A stretch of DNA of 64,000 nucleotides from the human T2T-CHM13v2.0 reference genome, Homo sapiens. Every line of letters starts with the position of its first letter. The first letter of the stretch is position 1. The stretch lies in assembly GCF_009914755.1 (NCBI RefSeq), contig NC_060926.1; one strand, written 5' to 3'. A program made the translations under genes and the position numbers. Under the pieces are notes generated by a model that was given only the letters and a program-made list of their open reading frames with translations, was not told the origin of the DNA and searched no databases. Shown piece by piece: positions 41,830-55,453 of the stretch.

Positions 41830-42450
41830 GACATTAATTCATCAGATATTTATTGAGTGCTTGCTATGTTCCGCACGCTGTTCTATGTAAATATAGATAC
41901 AGCAGTGAACAAGACAAAGTTCCTCTCTTAATGGAGCTTGTAATCAAGTTTGACATCATATAAAATTCAACTATGCATTTATTTATTCAATAAATATTTA
42001 TTGAATAATCATTATGTGCCAGATACTGTTTTAGAAACTGAGAATCTAAGAGTGAACAAGACAGACTAAGTTTTTTTTTTCTTTTCTTTAGGATATTTCC
42101 CTCAAGGGGAGACATACAATAAAAAGACACCAAAAAATAGATACTTGGTAAACAAGTATACAAGGTAACATATAGTCGTAAGTATTATGAAGATAACAGA
42201 ACAGGGTGATGGTTGTGAGATTGATGGGTAAGAGTTGAGAAACCCTTTCTAATGAGATATTTTCACAGCAATAGGAAATGCATGAGCAAATGAGCCGTGG
42301 ATTTCTGGCAGAGAAGAGGAAATGCAAATGCTTCTAGGAGGAGCATGCTTAGTGCATTTGAGGAGCAGCATGGAAGCCAGTGTGACTGTCACTGAGTAAC
42401 CAAGCAGAGCGCTTGGAGCTCAGATCAGTGTGGTAGGAAAGAGCTAGATC
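41830..42450 (-). mobile_element. L2 fragments (two 3' ends)
   Basis: attcatcagatatttattgagtgcttgctatg and tattcaataaatatttattgaa. Confidence 0.7.
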
Positions 42451-42885
42451 ATGGAGGAGACTGTCTCAAAGAAGAATATCTCTGTAAATGTCTGTGACAC
42501 AGTTGTATGCTATAAATATTGCAATGAACTTTCTTCATTTAGCCATTCAAAGGCCCTTGCCCCTGACCTTTTGGTCACATTGAGTGGTTAATGGGGTTAT
42601 AATCCCAGAAAGTGAAAGTAGAATGGGGTAAAAAATTCCTCTTTGGTTGGGCTTTCACTCTTAGACACTGTTACAGTAAATGAGAGAGAGCCAGGACACA
42701 AGAGGTGCACTCAGCTCCATAGGCCAGGTCACCACACAACCTGGAAGAGAGTTCAACCCTGATATTTGTTTATAATCACCTAGTTGCACAAAATGTAAAC
42801 CTGTCCATGACCATTAGCTCCTCCCTGTGCCTCAAATAATGGGGTTAAAAGAATGGACTCAGAACTAGAGTGTCTATACTATTAG

Positions 42886-43598
42886 TGAGAGGAGGGGCCA
42901 GCTGGACTTCCTGGGTCAAGTAGGGGCTCAGAAAGCTGTGAAACTCACTCATTTCCTGCATCAGGGCTTCCTTTGGTCCTGGATGGATAATATTGAAGAT
43001 ATATGCTTAAAATATTCCTAACACCAGGATTTGTGCATGTGTTTTCTTCCCCAAGAAAGCTATAAACACTGAAAATTTTGCTCTAAGTTTCCCTGTGTCC
43101 TTTCTCCCTCTCTCCCTTCCCCCTCCTCCGAGACTAAAGTAAAAGGAATATTAACTGCCCGTTTTTCTGTGACCAGCAGACCTTATCTATGCTCCCAATT
43201 CCAATTCCTTGTAAACATACTTTGTAAAGTCCTGTGAGATCTTGTCTTTTTTGCCATGCCACTGAAAGGTCATAAAATAGATGAAACCTAAGTTGCAATT
43301 CCGGTTTTCCTCAAGATCTAAAACATGTCACAAGTGGTTAATTGTCTGTGTTTCTCGCTCTGGTAACATCTTCCCACTGCACGTATTTCCTGCCTTAAAG
43401 AGTTTAAAAGGCAATCGTATAATCTAACTCTGGCTACCCGTTCGGGACCCCTTCCACACTGTGGAAGCTTTGTTGTGTCACTCTGCTCAATAAAGCCTAC
43501 AGCTTTTTCTCTCTCTCGGTCCTTGTCTCCATCACTCGCCGCGGTCCGCCACCACACCAATTCTTTGGCGTGGCTAGGCAAGAACCTTAAGCGTTACA
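42886..43598 (+). mobile_element. ERV1 solo LTR (LTR30-like)
   Basis: TG...CA ends, 713 bp, exact 4-bp TSD ttag, AATAAA at ~43489. Confidence 0.88.
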
Positions 43599-43647
43599 TT
43601 AGGTTGGTGCAAAAGTAATTGTGGTTTTTTCCTGTTAAAGGTAATGG
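43599..43647. mobile_element. MADE1 (Hsmar1 MITE) half-element
   Basis: ttaggttggtgcaaaagtaattgtggttttt matches the Hsmar1 terminal inverted repeat. Confidence 0.85.
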
Positions 43648-43865
43648 ATTAATAGGATTCTGAATTCATCTTTCTGAGCTGTGTGGCATTAGACAAATGG
43701 CTTCATTTCTCTACAGCTCATTCTCCTTACTGATAAAATGGGGCTAATAATCAAATGTTTGCCATAGGGCTGCTGTGAGAGTTAAATGTAATAATTCATG
43801 TAAAATCTTAGACTCATACATGCCCCATAGTGTTTTAAAATACTGGCCATCATCATCGTTATTGA

Positions 43866-44195
<330 letters not shown>

Positions 44196-44377
44196 GGCAA
44201 TTATTGTTAACCCAATATCCATTAGATTAATTCATCTTTCATGTGATGTATGAATTTCCTAAATCTGCTTGTTGGGTATCTGCCCTCAACTTTATTCAAT
44301 TCCTGACATTCCAGCTAATGTGGTCTTTTTAAAGCTTTATGATAATGTACATGCTCTTGCTTAAAAGCCATGTTTTC

Positions 44378-44682
44378 ACAGGGAGTGGTGGCTTATGCCT
44401 GTAATCCCAGAACTTTGAGAGGCCAAGGTGGGCAGATTGCCTGAGTCCAGGAGTTCAAGACCAGCCTGGAAAATATGGCGAAACCTCTTCTCTACTAAAA
44501 ACACAAAACATTAGCTGGATGTGGTGGCATGTGCCTGTAATCTCAGCTACTCAGGAGGCTGAGGTGGGAGAATCACCTGAGCCCAGTAGGTCTAGACTGT
44601 AGTAAGCAGAGACTGCACCACTGCACTTTTAGCCTGGGCAACCAGAGTGAGACTGTCTGAAAAAAAAAAAGAAAATAAAAAA
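44378..44682 (+). mobile_element. Old Alu (AluJ/Sz-like)
   Basis: Full dimer; TSD-like aaaagccatgt/aaaagcaatgt. Confidence 0.93.
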
Positions 44683-44871
44683 AGCAATGTCTCCACTGCC
44701 CTTATGATATAAAGATCAACTTCTTAACATGACTTTCAATGTGTGTCATGATCTGTTCGTGGTTTTCTAATTTCACTTCTCATCACTATTTTCCTTGGAT
44801 GGTTAGTGTCAGCCTCTCTTAACTGTGTTCAATATTCTAGGTGCATGATGCTCATCTGTCTTGGCCTAGAG

Positions 44872-45064
44872 AAGTTGTTCTTAAACTATGATCTATGGAC
44901 CAGCCACATCACTATCAGCACCACCAAGGAACTCATAAGAAATGCAAATTATTAGGCTCCACCCCCAACCTATTGAATCAGAAATTATGGGGGCGGGTTC
45001 TGGTATATGTTCTTTACGAAAACCAGCAGATGATTCTGTTGCACAATCAAGTTTGAGAACTGCT
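44872..45064. mobile_element. MER5A hAT-Charlie element
   Basis: agaaatgcaaattattaggctccacccc...gaatcagaa...gtttgagaactgctg. Confidence 0.8.
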
Positions 45065-46044
45065 GGCCTAGATATCTTTTTCCAAGGTCCTCAAGATTTT
45101 GCTTGAAGAACGTACAAGAAATTTTCAAGATTTATCGTAGATCTTACCTCTTACTCTCTAAGAAAGCTCCTTGCATTCACCTTCCATTTTATTTGTTCAT
45201 CTTTCCCTTTAGACTATGATGGTTTGGAAAGCATAGAAGTGTCTTCATAAAATTTGCATACCCAAAATATAGCATAGTACCTTAATGTATCATATGTGGT
45301 TCAATAAATTATGTAGCAATAAGTGAAAGAATAAATAAATAAATGAACAGATAGTATGAGAAAATATTATCTTAACAGTGGGCACTATTAGGGAGAGAAC
45401 CATGTTTAGGAAAATGTTTTCACATGCCACTTATGGGTCAAAAGTGACATCCTGAAGGCATGAATTACAAGGGAATGGAAAAAACAGTTAAATTGCTCTG
45501 CATAAGAGGTGAACAAGAATATCTGAAGTTGGATAAATAAAGGATGAGATAACCAAAAGAGAGAGGTTAGCAAATATGACAGAAAGATGAAGAATTTTAG
45601 AGAAAAGTTTTGAGTGAGAAAAGTCCAGTGAGGCTTTGAAGAATAGATACATAGAATGTTCATGTCTGGGTCTGTGATATTGCAATAAGAGATGTCCTCT
45701 GTTGGTCATCAAGTATACATTAAAGTATAATGAGGCTGTATTCAACATAGCTTGTGTGGCCATGTTGCGGAGATTACTGTGGCACACCATACAAGAAACT
45801 ATGTGCTGCCCTACAGTAACCTCTCTGTGATGTCTCTAGAGATAACCTAATTGTCAGGAAGAAGGCAGTGGTCCAGAAGTCCCAGGCAGTGGAGCCGAGG
45901 AAGGTGCAAGAAGCTGCTTCCACCTGAAAATAATTCAATCATAGATATATCTTTTTTCTTGTTATTCTTGTCATTGTTGCTGCTGCATCTCTCAAATATA
46001 CTAGATGGGGGCCATCTTAGTAGGTGGAGGACAGGTAATATCAG

Positions 46045-46533
46045 TGTTACATATTTGATAACTTTAAATTATATTCACAAATTCTCTGATAGGCTTCCTT
46101 TCAAGAAGTGAAGCTGAACTCATTTTCAGTATGAGCTAGACTTAGTGACTTGCTTCCAGCAATGAGAATATGGTGGAAGTGATGAGATGTCACTTCCAGT
46201 GGGTACAGAAGGACTGTGACTTCCTTCTTGCTGTTCTCCAGCACCCCCTCACAATCAACTCTCTTCCTTTGCCCTCTATCCAGTATCCAGTGAGGAACTG
46301 AGGCCACATAAGTGGGCTTGGAAATGAGTCCCTTAACCCCAGTGATGCCTTCAGATGATTGAAGCACTGACCAGCAGCTTGACTTGCAAGATCATGAGAG
46401 ACTCTGAGCTGTAACCACTCAGCTAAGTAGCTTTTGGATTTCTGACCCATAGAAACAGTGATGTAGCAAGCATTTGTTTTTTAAGCTTCAAAGATGTAAA
46501 TAATGTGTTACACAGCAATAGATAACGGATACA
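46045..46533 (+). mobile_element. MLT1 (MLT1F-like) MaLR LTR
   Basis: gacttagtgacttgcttcc...gtgaggaactgaggcc...agcaatagataacggataca. Confidence 0.8.
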
Positions 46534-47122
46534 CATATGGTTATCCTATCTTATAAGGAATAAACTGAAATCTCAAGAGGTCAATGGGTTTGTCCCATGA
46601 ACAAAAAGCTATAAATTCTTAGAGCTGCCATTCAAACCCTAGCCTTGTAACTCCTAATTCATTAGTCCTACCATTATATCAGACTGCCATCAGTCATGTG
46701 TAACTTATTTATTATATTCCCAAACCTAGAATATAATTCTAAGGGCATTGTTAAATCTTAATCAGAAATATCAAAATATGAAGGTCCATGGTTTAATCAT
46801 TGTCTTTGTATATCCTAACCAAGAACATGCGTACCAACTCCAAAACTGCAAAAACTAATTATTAGAACAAGAAAGTAGCAAGGGACTTTCGAGATATCTG
46901 TAATAAAGTTTCACTATGTAGACAGAGAGAACCCCTGAGAGAGGAAATTACTGGAAAATGCCACAGCTTGAGTAAGAGATGGAACAAAGACTCACCTCAA
47001 CTGTACAAAGAAAACGTTTTTGAAATTTAGTTTTAATGTAGTTAGTTCCTTGAGGACAGAGACTTACAAGTTGATGTGCTCAAAGCTTGGCACAATGGCT
47101 GGAACAGAATGTCAAGACACTC

Positions 47123-47398
47123 TTTTGAGACAGAGTCTCGCCCTGTACCCTGGCTGGAGTGCAATGGTGCGATCTTGGCTCACTGAAACCTCCGCCTCCA
47201 AGCGAGTCTCCTGCTTCAGCCTCCCAAGTAGCTGGGATTACAGATGTGTGCCACCACACCTGGCTAACTTTTGTATCTTTAGTAGAGACGGGGTTTCACC
47301 ATGTTGGCCAGGCTGGTCTCAAACTCCTGACTTTGTGATCCGCCCGCCTCAGCCTCCCAAAGTTCTGGGATTACAGGCATGAGCCACCGCACCAGGCC
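47123..47398 (-). mobile_element. AluS (AluSg-like)
   Basis: Antisense Alu; TSD acactctt. Confidence 0.95.
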
Positions 47399-47569
47399 CA
47401 AAACACTCTTATCTAGCCTCTTGCTAGATTAATAATGCACTCTATTACTTCTGTAAAATATAGTGATGAATGCTCTAAGGCATACTGAAAACTCACAGCT
47501 AATTGCCTACCCACTTGTATACATCTGCTTCCACCTGTTGAGTTGTATGCTCACCAACAGCCTTTATGT

Positions 47570-48125
47570 TCATTTCCAAATCACTTTATGCCAAATGTAC
47601 AAATTATTATAATAACTTGATTTGATTGAAAATTATAGAAACTAATTAAATATAAGTTTAAAATGAGAAGTATTCTTTTTATGAAACCTCAAACTATTGG
47701 AAAAGATTTGATAAAGGAAATTTGTTAATTAAAAAATTTTTACTATTTTTAATTTTTTTTATACAATTAGATATGGGAGAGAGTTTAGAAAAAATAAAAC
47801 AAAAATCTAGAAGCATTCTGCTTAAGGGGTGTCCTCAAGTTTCTGCTACATTTCATAGAAGGTGAAACTTAATATTAGAGATGATGCCTTATCATGTGGT
47901 TTACAATGATAAGCTTAGTCAAAGGACCCACACACATTTAAAAGGCCATGAGAAAGAAAAATGAGGCCAACACAGAGAAACATAAATGTTTGTTTATATT
48001 ATGTAAAATACATACGTTATCTAAGATAAGTATATGTAATTTGTAAATGATTTTCAGCTTCAGCCAATGTTTTCAATTAATCAACTAAGTATTGGTCACA
48101 ATTAGATAATAAGGCTTCTGCTGTA
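47570..48125. mobile_element. Old Tigger-family DNA transposon remnant
   Basis: Degenerate transposase-like text and terminal gataataaggcttctgctgta. Confidence 0.45.
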
Positions 48126-48215
48126 ATGTATATGAAGTGTGTAATAAATGAATTAATGCCAACTCTGATGAAGTAGATAAAACAAGGCACCCTACAGATG
48201 TAAGGCATTTTTCAG

Positions 48216-48449
48216 TTTATTTGGAAACTTGTCAATACTCATCTAATTTACACCGAAATTTCAACCTTGTTTTTCATCGTTGTGTAATTAGAAGACATCT
48301 GAACAAAAATAAAGAACTTCCAAGTCTTTGTTTGTTTCATGTTGCACTTATCTCCCTCCTTGGCAGGGTAGGTTTCTTTCTTTGGGTGTTTTGTGAAATT
48401 TATCCCTTGGCAGCTCTAGTTGATTGGCTTACATACTGGGTGAGAGTTT
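48216..48449 (+). pseudogene. THADA-like pseudo-exon with frameshifts
   Basis: Acceptor ttttttcag; reads FIWKLVNTHL / HRNFNLVFHRCVIRRHLNKNKELPSLCLFHVALISL / PWQGR / IYPLAALVDWL; donors gtgaga (48440) or gtaagc (48450). Confidence 0.55.
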
Positions 48450-50505
48450 GTAAGCAGAGTAGTGTTTCCAGTGCCATCTACAATGTGATGGTGGTTTCTG
48501 ACAAGAGTTTCCAGTGCTGCTAAGCAACCATTACTGATGGCTAAAAATAGGGAACAACTATCATATTTATGGGACTCTGAAAGCTTAAGGAGCTTTTACA
48601 AGCCAATTGCTTTGGTACATAATTACTATAAGATTCAGCTTTTGAAACGGATTAAAATATATTGTGTGTGAATCTGCAATAATTTTCTACAGCCAAAACT
48701 GTTCCTCAGATTAAAGGCTTTGTTTGCATTGATTTCTTTTCTATTTAAAAATATTAATCGTACTTCATCTGGGTAGACATTTTCTTCCCGTGTCCTTATT
48801 TCCCTGAATTAAAGAGATGCAATAATATATAAACAATACAAATATGGAGGGTAGATTTGAAACTTCCTTCTGAAGGAACTGTTGATTTCTTCACACTTGT
48901 GTCTTTATATATTACCATTTTATCATGAATCCGTTTACCTCTGCATTATTTCATATTTGCATTCATTAACATTAATTACTTATAGTTACCATTTTTTATC
49001 TCTTTATCAACCATCCCTCTTTTCATCTGTGCATTTATTTATTGACCTAGCTGCCCTGCAAGTGTCCATCTTCATCAACTCTTTATCTATTTGTCTAGTA
49101 TCATATAATGTCTTCTCTTTATTTTGAAGTTGTACTTAAAACCATTGCAAAACTTGCATCACTATCCCTTTCTGACTCCTTACATATAAAAAAATGACTT
49201 GTAGCACCTAACACGCCCCACAAATAACACATCTAATTTCAAGCTCCATGAGGGCAGAGGACATATATCTCTTTGTGCTCACATTGTGTCTCCAATCCTA
49301 GTACAGTGAGTGACTGGCCTTTAATAGTTGCCCAATACATATTCATTAAATGAATGCATAAATATCTCCCATGTGTTTATATCCTTATCCATTTCTCACT
49401 CTTTTTGACCATCGCTCCATCAGTTTCTTTCTCATCATCATCCTTTTATTACCTACTTTCACTTCTACAAGCCTGTCTGTCAGGTTTTTCACTCATCATC
49501 CCAACTATTCATCTATCCATTTCTATACCTAAAGCTCCCTATCTGTATCTAAGCAGCTATCTAACATTTTGTTAATATATTACAAGATATTTTTATTTGT
49601 TCATAATTGCATCTATGCCTCTTTCATCTCCTTGTCATTCATTAATCCATCATTCTCCACCATGCTTTTAACCTAAGTTATATTGCGTATCGTTTTAATA
49701 TCGAATGATAAGGTCTGCACAGTTTCCAGTGAAAGGTCCAAAGGAAGGATGACAGAGAGTTTGCACCTTTCTCCATTTATTTTATACGAATTCAATTATA
49801 CAAATTCAGCAAATAAAAATAAAAAAGAAGAGAAAAAAACATCAACTTAAGTAGTGCCTGTCACTTCATTTAATGAATGTAGCCAATAAATGAAACATGA
49901 TATATCGATTCCTAAAGTCCTCCTAATGAGATTACAAAGTTTAAGAACACGTATTCATACAAAACGCCCTTGCAACACAAGCCGACTATTTTTTTGTGTA
50001 GCTCACCCAGAAAAACAGCAATTTGTTCCAAATTTTTAGTTAAAAATAGCTATGTCGGTTCTACTAACCAACAGTAGTATGCTTAAGACCACACTCCTAT
50101 CGCTACACATTCAAAGTCACAGCCACCTAACTGCATATAGTAGAATATTTTTAGCCATTTCAAATATTTTAGCTATTTCAAATGGCTTTTTCTTTTTTAT
50201 AAGCCACAATTGATTTTACCATCTCAAATTTTTCTGAGCTAACAATCATTTTAATCATTTTATCTAGTCTCTCAGTTTCTTTCATAATGCAGAATCTTCC
50301 ATTCTGGATCCCCTGTCCTCACACTGTCAGCTGGACTGTTCTGTAGGACTCTTAAATGGCTGCAATGCTGAAATTTCCCTTATTGCTTTATTGGATTCTA
50401 TGTCTTCATCTTCCTGGCTTTGCATTTTTCCTAGAGGATATTCTCAAAAAACATCTTGAAATACATGAAATGAGCGAAATGAACATGTTCAAGACCTTCC
50501 TGCTT

Positions 50506-50832
<327 letters not shown>

Positions 50833-51974
50833 GAAAAGTTCTTTATTTTCACCTTTACATTTGATAGTTTAGGGAGCAAAAACTTTCTCACATCCGTGCA
50901 TTTTCTTCTCAAAGTTTGAAGCATTTCTTCATTGGTTTCTCGCATTCAGCATAATTGATGAAAAGTTTGATGTCAGAACTACACATTCTTTTGTACGTAA
51001 CTGACTGCTTATCAACAACTCCAGTCCTAGCTCCCAGGAACACTTTGTTTTTGTATTTTCTTTGCTGTTATAAAATTTTACAATTATATAGAAAAGAAAG
51101 GTTATCAATTTTCATTTATTGTTCTGGGTATTTTGATATGAAAAGTTGTGTCCTCTTTGGGAAAGTCTCTTCTATTATTTACTGAATATGTTTTACTCAT
51201 AGATTCTGTATTCTCCCTTTATAGAATGCCCAATAATCATATATTAAAACTACGAAACAAAGACTAATTTTATATTTTTCCACATTTTTAATCTTTTTTA
51301 TGAGATTTATTTAAATTTAATTTCAAGTTTTTATATTAAAAATTTTGTTGGTGATTTTAAATTTCAAAGACATTTTTCTTTTTCCATAGTTGTGTGTTTC
51401 TTCCTCCTTTTTTTTTTGGGGTTCACTCTCTGGAAACTTACTATAGTTTTTTTATTCTTTTAATTTTGTTTCTTTCGTCTGGACTGATTTGCTTTTTGTT
51501 TTTTCTTATTTTCTTTCTGTACATGTTTTTCTTAGATGTGTGGTGATATTTCTTTGTTCATATTTTAGAATGAAGCAGCAAAAACCTACTAGAGACTGTT
51601 GTTTACATGGTTGGAGATTTCAAATGATGGGTTTTAGTTTATCATAAAAAAGAGTAGAAGCTTGAATGTATGTTCTGGAACTACTAAATTGCAGAACACC
51701 CATTAATTTGCTATGAGCCGAAAATATCCAAACAATAACCTCTGTTTTCTTTAACTAATTTTATTTCTCTAGTGAATAATTTTAATTTTTTTTCAAGCAG
51801 TTAAATACATTACTACTAGGATTGTTCCACTTCTGGTGTTACAAGGTGAGAATCTTCTTAGACCTGTGACCCAGTGAAATTGTTGAAAATTATACATATA
51901 TTTTATATATATGTTGTATTTATTATATATGTACGTGTGTGTGCACGCACGTGCGTGTGTGTCTACATTTAAGT

Positions 51975-52636
51975 CTCAGGAAATGGTACTAAATGTATAT
52001 AGCAAATTAAGAAACCTTTATTCCAAAAATCTATTAAAATTCTTCAAGAACAGTGAGAGTCTGTGGTTATTGAACTAAGAACCATTCTCTTTTTCCTCTG
52101 TCAGAGCTCAGTGAGCCAGAAACTCCATTCCAGACTGATGCAGCCAAAAATGGAGGAATTCTTCTGCCTCCAGCTTTTAGTCACGGGACTACCCTCCCAG
52201 GAAGCATGGGCAGGATGTCGACATTCCTCATCCAGTCCCCAGCTACCTGTTGCTAAATTCTGGGTGAGTGAAACTAAGAAATAGGAGCTTCCTTTTTCTT
52301 CCCAGCTCACGCTTGTGAGACTAAGGCTCTACCTTGGGTGAAACACTGCCAAGAATATTGCGTCACTGATTAGCCTTTTCCTCTCTTGCAGGATGGCAAC
52401 TTCATGCTGGGAGAGGCAAGCAGAAGATCTGAGTCTTCTCCTGGAACTGAGCACCCAGTCTTAAACTGGGAGTGTCGCTCAGGGATAAGTGTGACGTTGT
52501 CCCCATTTTCAACTCCAAAGCCATGGCTCAAGGATTTTTCTTGGGAAGAGGAGGCTATAAACAGAGTGCTCCAAATATCGTCCCAAAGAAATTGATTTAA
52601 TTTGCAACAGAGTGTGGAAAAGTTCAAATCTAAAAG
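51975..52636 (+). mobile_element. Old L1M 5' UTR-like fragment
   Basis: aagaacagtgagagtctgtgg...ccagaaactccattccagactg resembles L1M 5' ends. Confidence 0.5.
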
Positions 52637-52637
52637 T

Positions 52638-52923
52638 GTTACTGTGGACTGAATTTAGTCCCACCCAAATTTACAAGATGAAGCTCTAACCCCCAACGTG
52701 ATGGCACTTGGAGATGGAGCCTTTGAGAGATACTTAGGTTTAGACAAGGTCACTGGGGGGGGGGGCTCTCATTATGAGATTTATAAGAAGAGACACAGGA
52801 GCTTATCTGCTTTCTCTCTCTCTCTCTCTTTCTGCCAGCCACATGAAGACACAGCAAAAAAGCAATCATCTCCAAGCCAGAAAGAGAACCTTTTCCAGAA
52901 ACGTATCATGCTGGCCTCTTGAC
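52638..52923 (+). mobile_element. MLT1A-family LTR, 3' truncated
   Basis: tgtggactgaat...gaagctctaacccccaacgtgatgg...catgctggc. Confidence 0.8.
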
Positions 52924-53238
52924 ATTATATATAACAGAAATGTATTGCACAGTTTTGGTGACTGGGAAGTCCAAGATAGAGGCACAGGCAGATTTGTTCT
53001 CTGGTGAAGACCCACTTCCTGGTTCATAGATGGCAGTTCTATGCCGTACCTTCGTATAATGGATGTGGACAAAAGAACTCTTGGGACCTCTTTTATAAAG
53101 TCATTCATCCCATTCATGAAGATTCCACTCTCATGACCTAATCACATCCCATAGGCCCCAGCTCTTAATAACATCACATTGGATATTGGATTTTAACATA
53201 TGAATTTTGGGGGGGAGTCACAACCATTGTCTATAGCA
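52924..53238 (-). mobile_element. MLT1A-family LTR, 3' truncated, opposite orientation
   Basis: aacagaaatgtattgcacagttttgg...gggaagtccaagat...catatgaattttggggg...tatagca. Confidence 0.82.
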
Positions 53239-53323
53239 CCAACTTCAGATAATTGTTAAAAATCACTTCTTCATTGTGGTTTTCTTCCCCTTGTGTTTAT
53301 TGTTGTGCATTTTTGTCATTTAG

Positions 53324-53442
53324 GAGGCTATAAAAACAGCTTGTTTGCTGGAGCTTTGCACATCATTGCTTCATTCAAAAGAGAATCTCAGAAAATTACT
53401 GTGATGTCTATAATCTAACAAAGAGAATCATGGATGCACTAA
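53324..53442 (+). pseudogene. THADA-like pseudo-exon, copy 1
   Basis: Acceptor tttgtcatttag and donor TAA|gtatat; reads GYKNSLFAGALHIIASFKRESQKITVMSII*QRESWMH*. Confidence 0.5.
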
Positions 53443-54559
53443 GTATATACTGTGAATTTAACTCAGATGCTCATGAACAAATGGTTTCTTTATACTTGTA
53501 TATCAGCTCCTCTATATTAAAGATGTAGCTAATTAAACATATGTTTATTTTTTATGATTATTTTAGACATTTTTCTTCTTGAGTTTTGCTTGTTCTTTGT
53601 TGCTAACCAAATTGTTTGAAAATTCTTAGGAAAATTACTTATACCTACAAATTACGTATGATGTCTAATTTAAACTCTAAACAGACTCTATTTCTCATGT
53701 TACATAGTGGAGAAGGTATAACTCCATATGGTTAATTGTTATTTTGAACCTGAAGTCTTAACTTGGTTAACTATATCACCACAGAGTAGATATTCATCAA
53801 TCTCATGAGCATAAACCAGTAATTACTATTTTAAGTATGAACATATTCTTAGTTTCAGGCATTTTTGTATTAATTAGCTAACCAGTTGTTTTGGCTTCTG
53901 ATACATCTGTTAGTGGGGAATTTTTTTTAATTCAATACTTAAATGGATTAAAGCCTGCATGTGATTGAGAGATGTGGAAATATTCCTGCATATACACCAC
54001 ATATGTGCAGAATTTAAAGGTTAAACATTTCTATCTCCTATTAAAATGTTATGTAATTAAATGCTGAAATTTAAAAAGCTGATTTTTGTTTAAAATACAC
54101 ATGTTCTAAATTTAGAAATTCTAAAATAAAATGTTACTACCTCATTAGTATTTTTCAATTTAAATTAATTTTTTGGTGCTTTTTAGCTTTTAGGTTCAGG
54201 GATACATGTTTAAGTTTGTTACATATGTGACTTTCAAACTCTAACTTCAGGAAGTCATTACTTCCAGTAGGTTATGTTCTGGTCATTCATTCCTCTATCA
54301 CTATTACCACCCACAGAGCTCATATGAGCTATGCTGGCCCTCAACATTTCTGATGGAAGAGAATAAATACATGGTTTTGTTGCTCTCTTTTACAAAATCA
54401 AATGTTACTTTACACTAGACCAATGTTTCCTAAGCCTAACTGTGTACCACAAAGCACACTTGGAGAGATTTTTAGTTTGTTTCGTTTGTTTGTTAACTGT
54501 AAATTTCCAGATTCTATTTCAAATCTAATGAAAAGGAATCTCTATATGTGGAATTCAGG

Positions 54560-54562
<3 letters not shown>

Positions 54563-54629
<67 letters not shown>
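54563..54629. repeat. (AT)n microsatellite followed by poly-T, within a MER5-like remnant
   Basis: About 24 AT units then about 18 T. Confidence 0.97.
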
Positions 54630-54631
<2 letters not shown>

Positions 54632-55017
54632 GCACGTCTTCTAGTGTTTCTAATGCCACCTTGAGACCACAGAATCATTTGAGGAAACCAATGTAATTGA
54701 CATTTATTACACTCCTCCACATCAGTATGAAGGGCATGAGAGCCTAGGTTTTGTAGTGTTCACCACTGAATTCCCAGTATAAAACATAGTATCTGATAGG
54801 TCTTAGTCCTTTATTAAACATTAGAATGAGAAAATAAATGAGTTTATGAATTTAATGTCTGTATCACTATAATGCAAGTGGAAGGAACAGGGAACCAGAA
54901 AAGACCTCAGCCTAAGAACAAAGGAAGACAACTTAGTGACAATTACCCTGTTATCAATAGAAGAATAATGCCTTAAGGATCTGTCAGGACCATTTGTAGT
55001 TGGAAATCTGATTTCAG

Positions 55018-55136
55018 GAGGCTATAATAGCAGCTTGTGTCCTGGAGCTTTTCACATCATTGCTTTATTCAAGAGAGAATCATAGAAACCTACTGTGATG
55101 TCAGTAATCTAGCAAAGAGAATCATGGCTGCACTAA
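55018..55136 (+). pseudogene. THADA-like pseudo-exon, copy 2
   Basis: Acceptor atttcag; reads GYNSSLCPGAFHIIALFKRES*KPTVMSVI*QRESWLH*; SLCPGA vs THADA SLVPYA. Confidence 0.5.
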
Positions 55137-55453
55137 GTATATACTGTGAATTTAACTTATATGTTCATGAATGAATGGTTTCTTTATACTTGTATATTAA
55201 AGATGTAGCTAGTTAAACATATGTTTTTATGTCTAAACCTAAACCTATCATACACATAATGTATGATGTCTAATTTAAACCCTAAACAGATTCTATTTCT
55301 CATGTAACACAGTAGATACTACTGTATTCTCTGATGATTCAGTGATTGTTGTACAAAATGATTTTTAAACTCACACATGTTCCCTAAACCATATCAAGCA
55401 GGGTTGATTGATTGTATACCAATCAGCATCATCTTTTTTTTTATTGTGTTCAG

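Larger units (their letters stand above)
53322..55313 (+). repeat. Diverged direct duplication: 53322-53708 and 55016-55313
   Basis: The first 119 bp after the AG are 104/119 identical and ungapped; similarity continues with indels to catgt(t/a)aca(t/c)agt. Confidence 0.95.
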
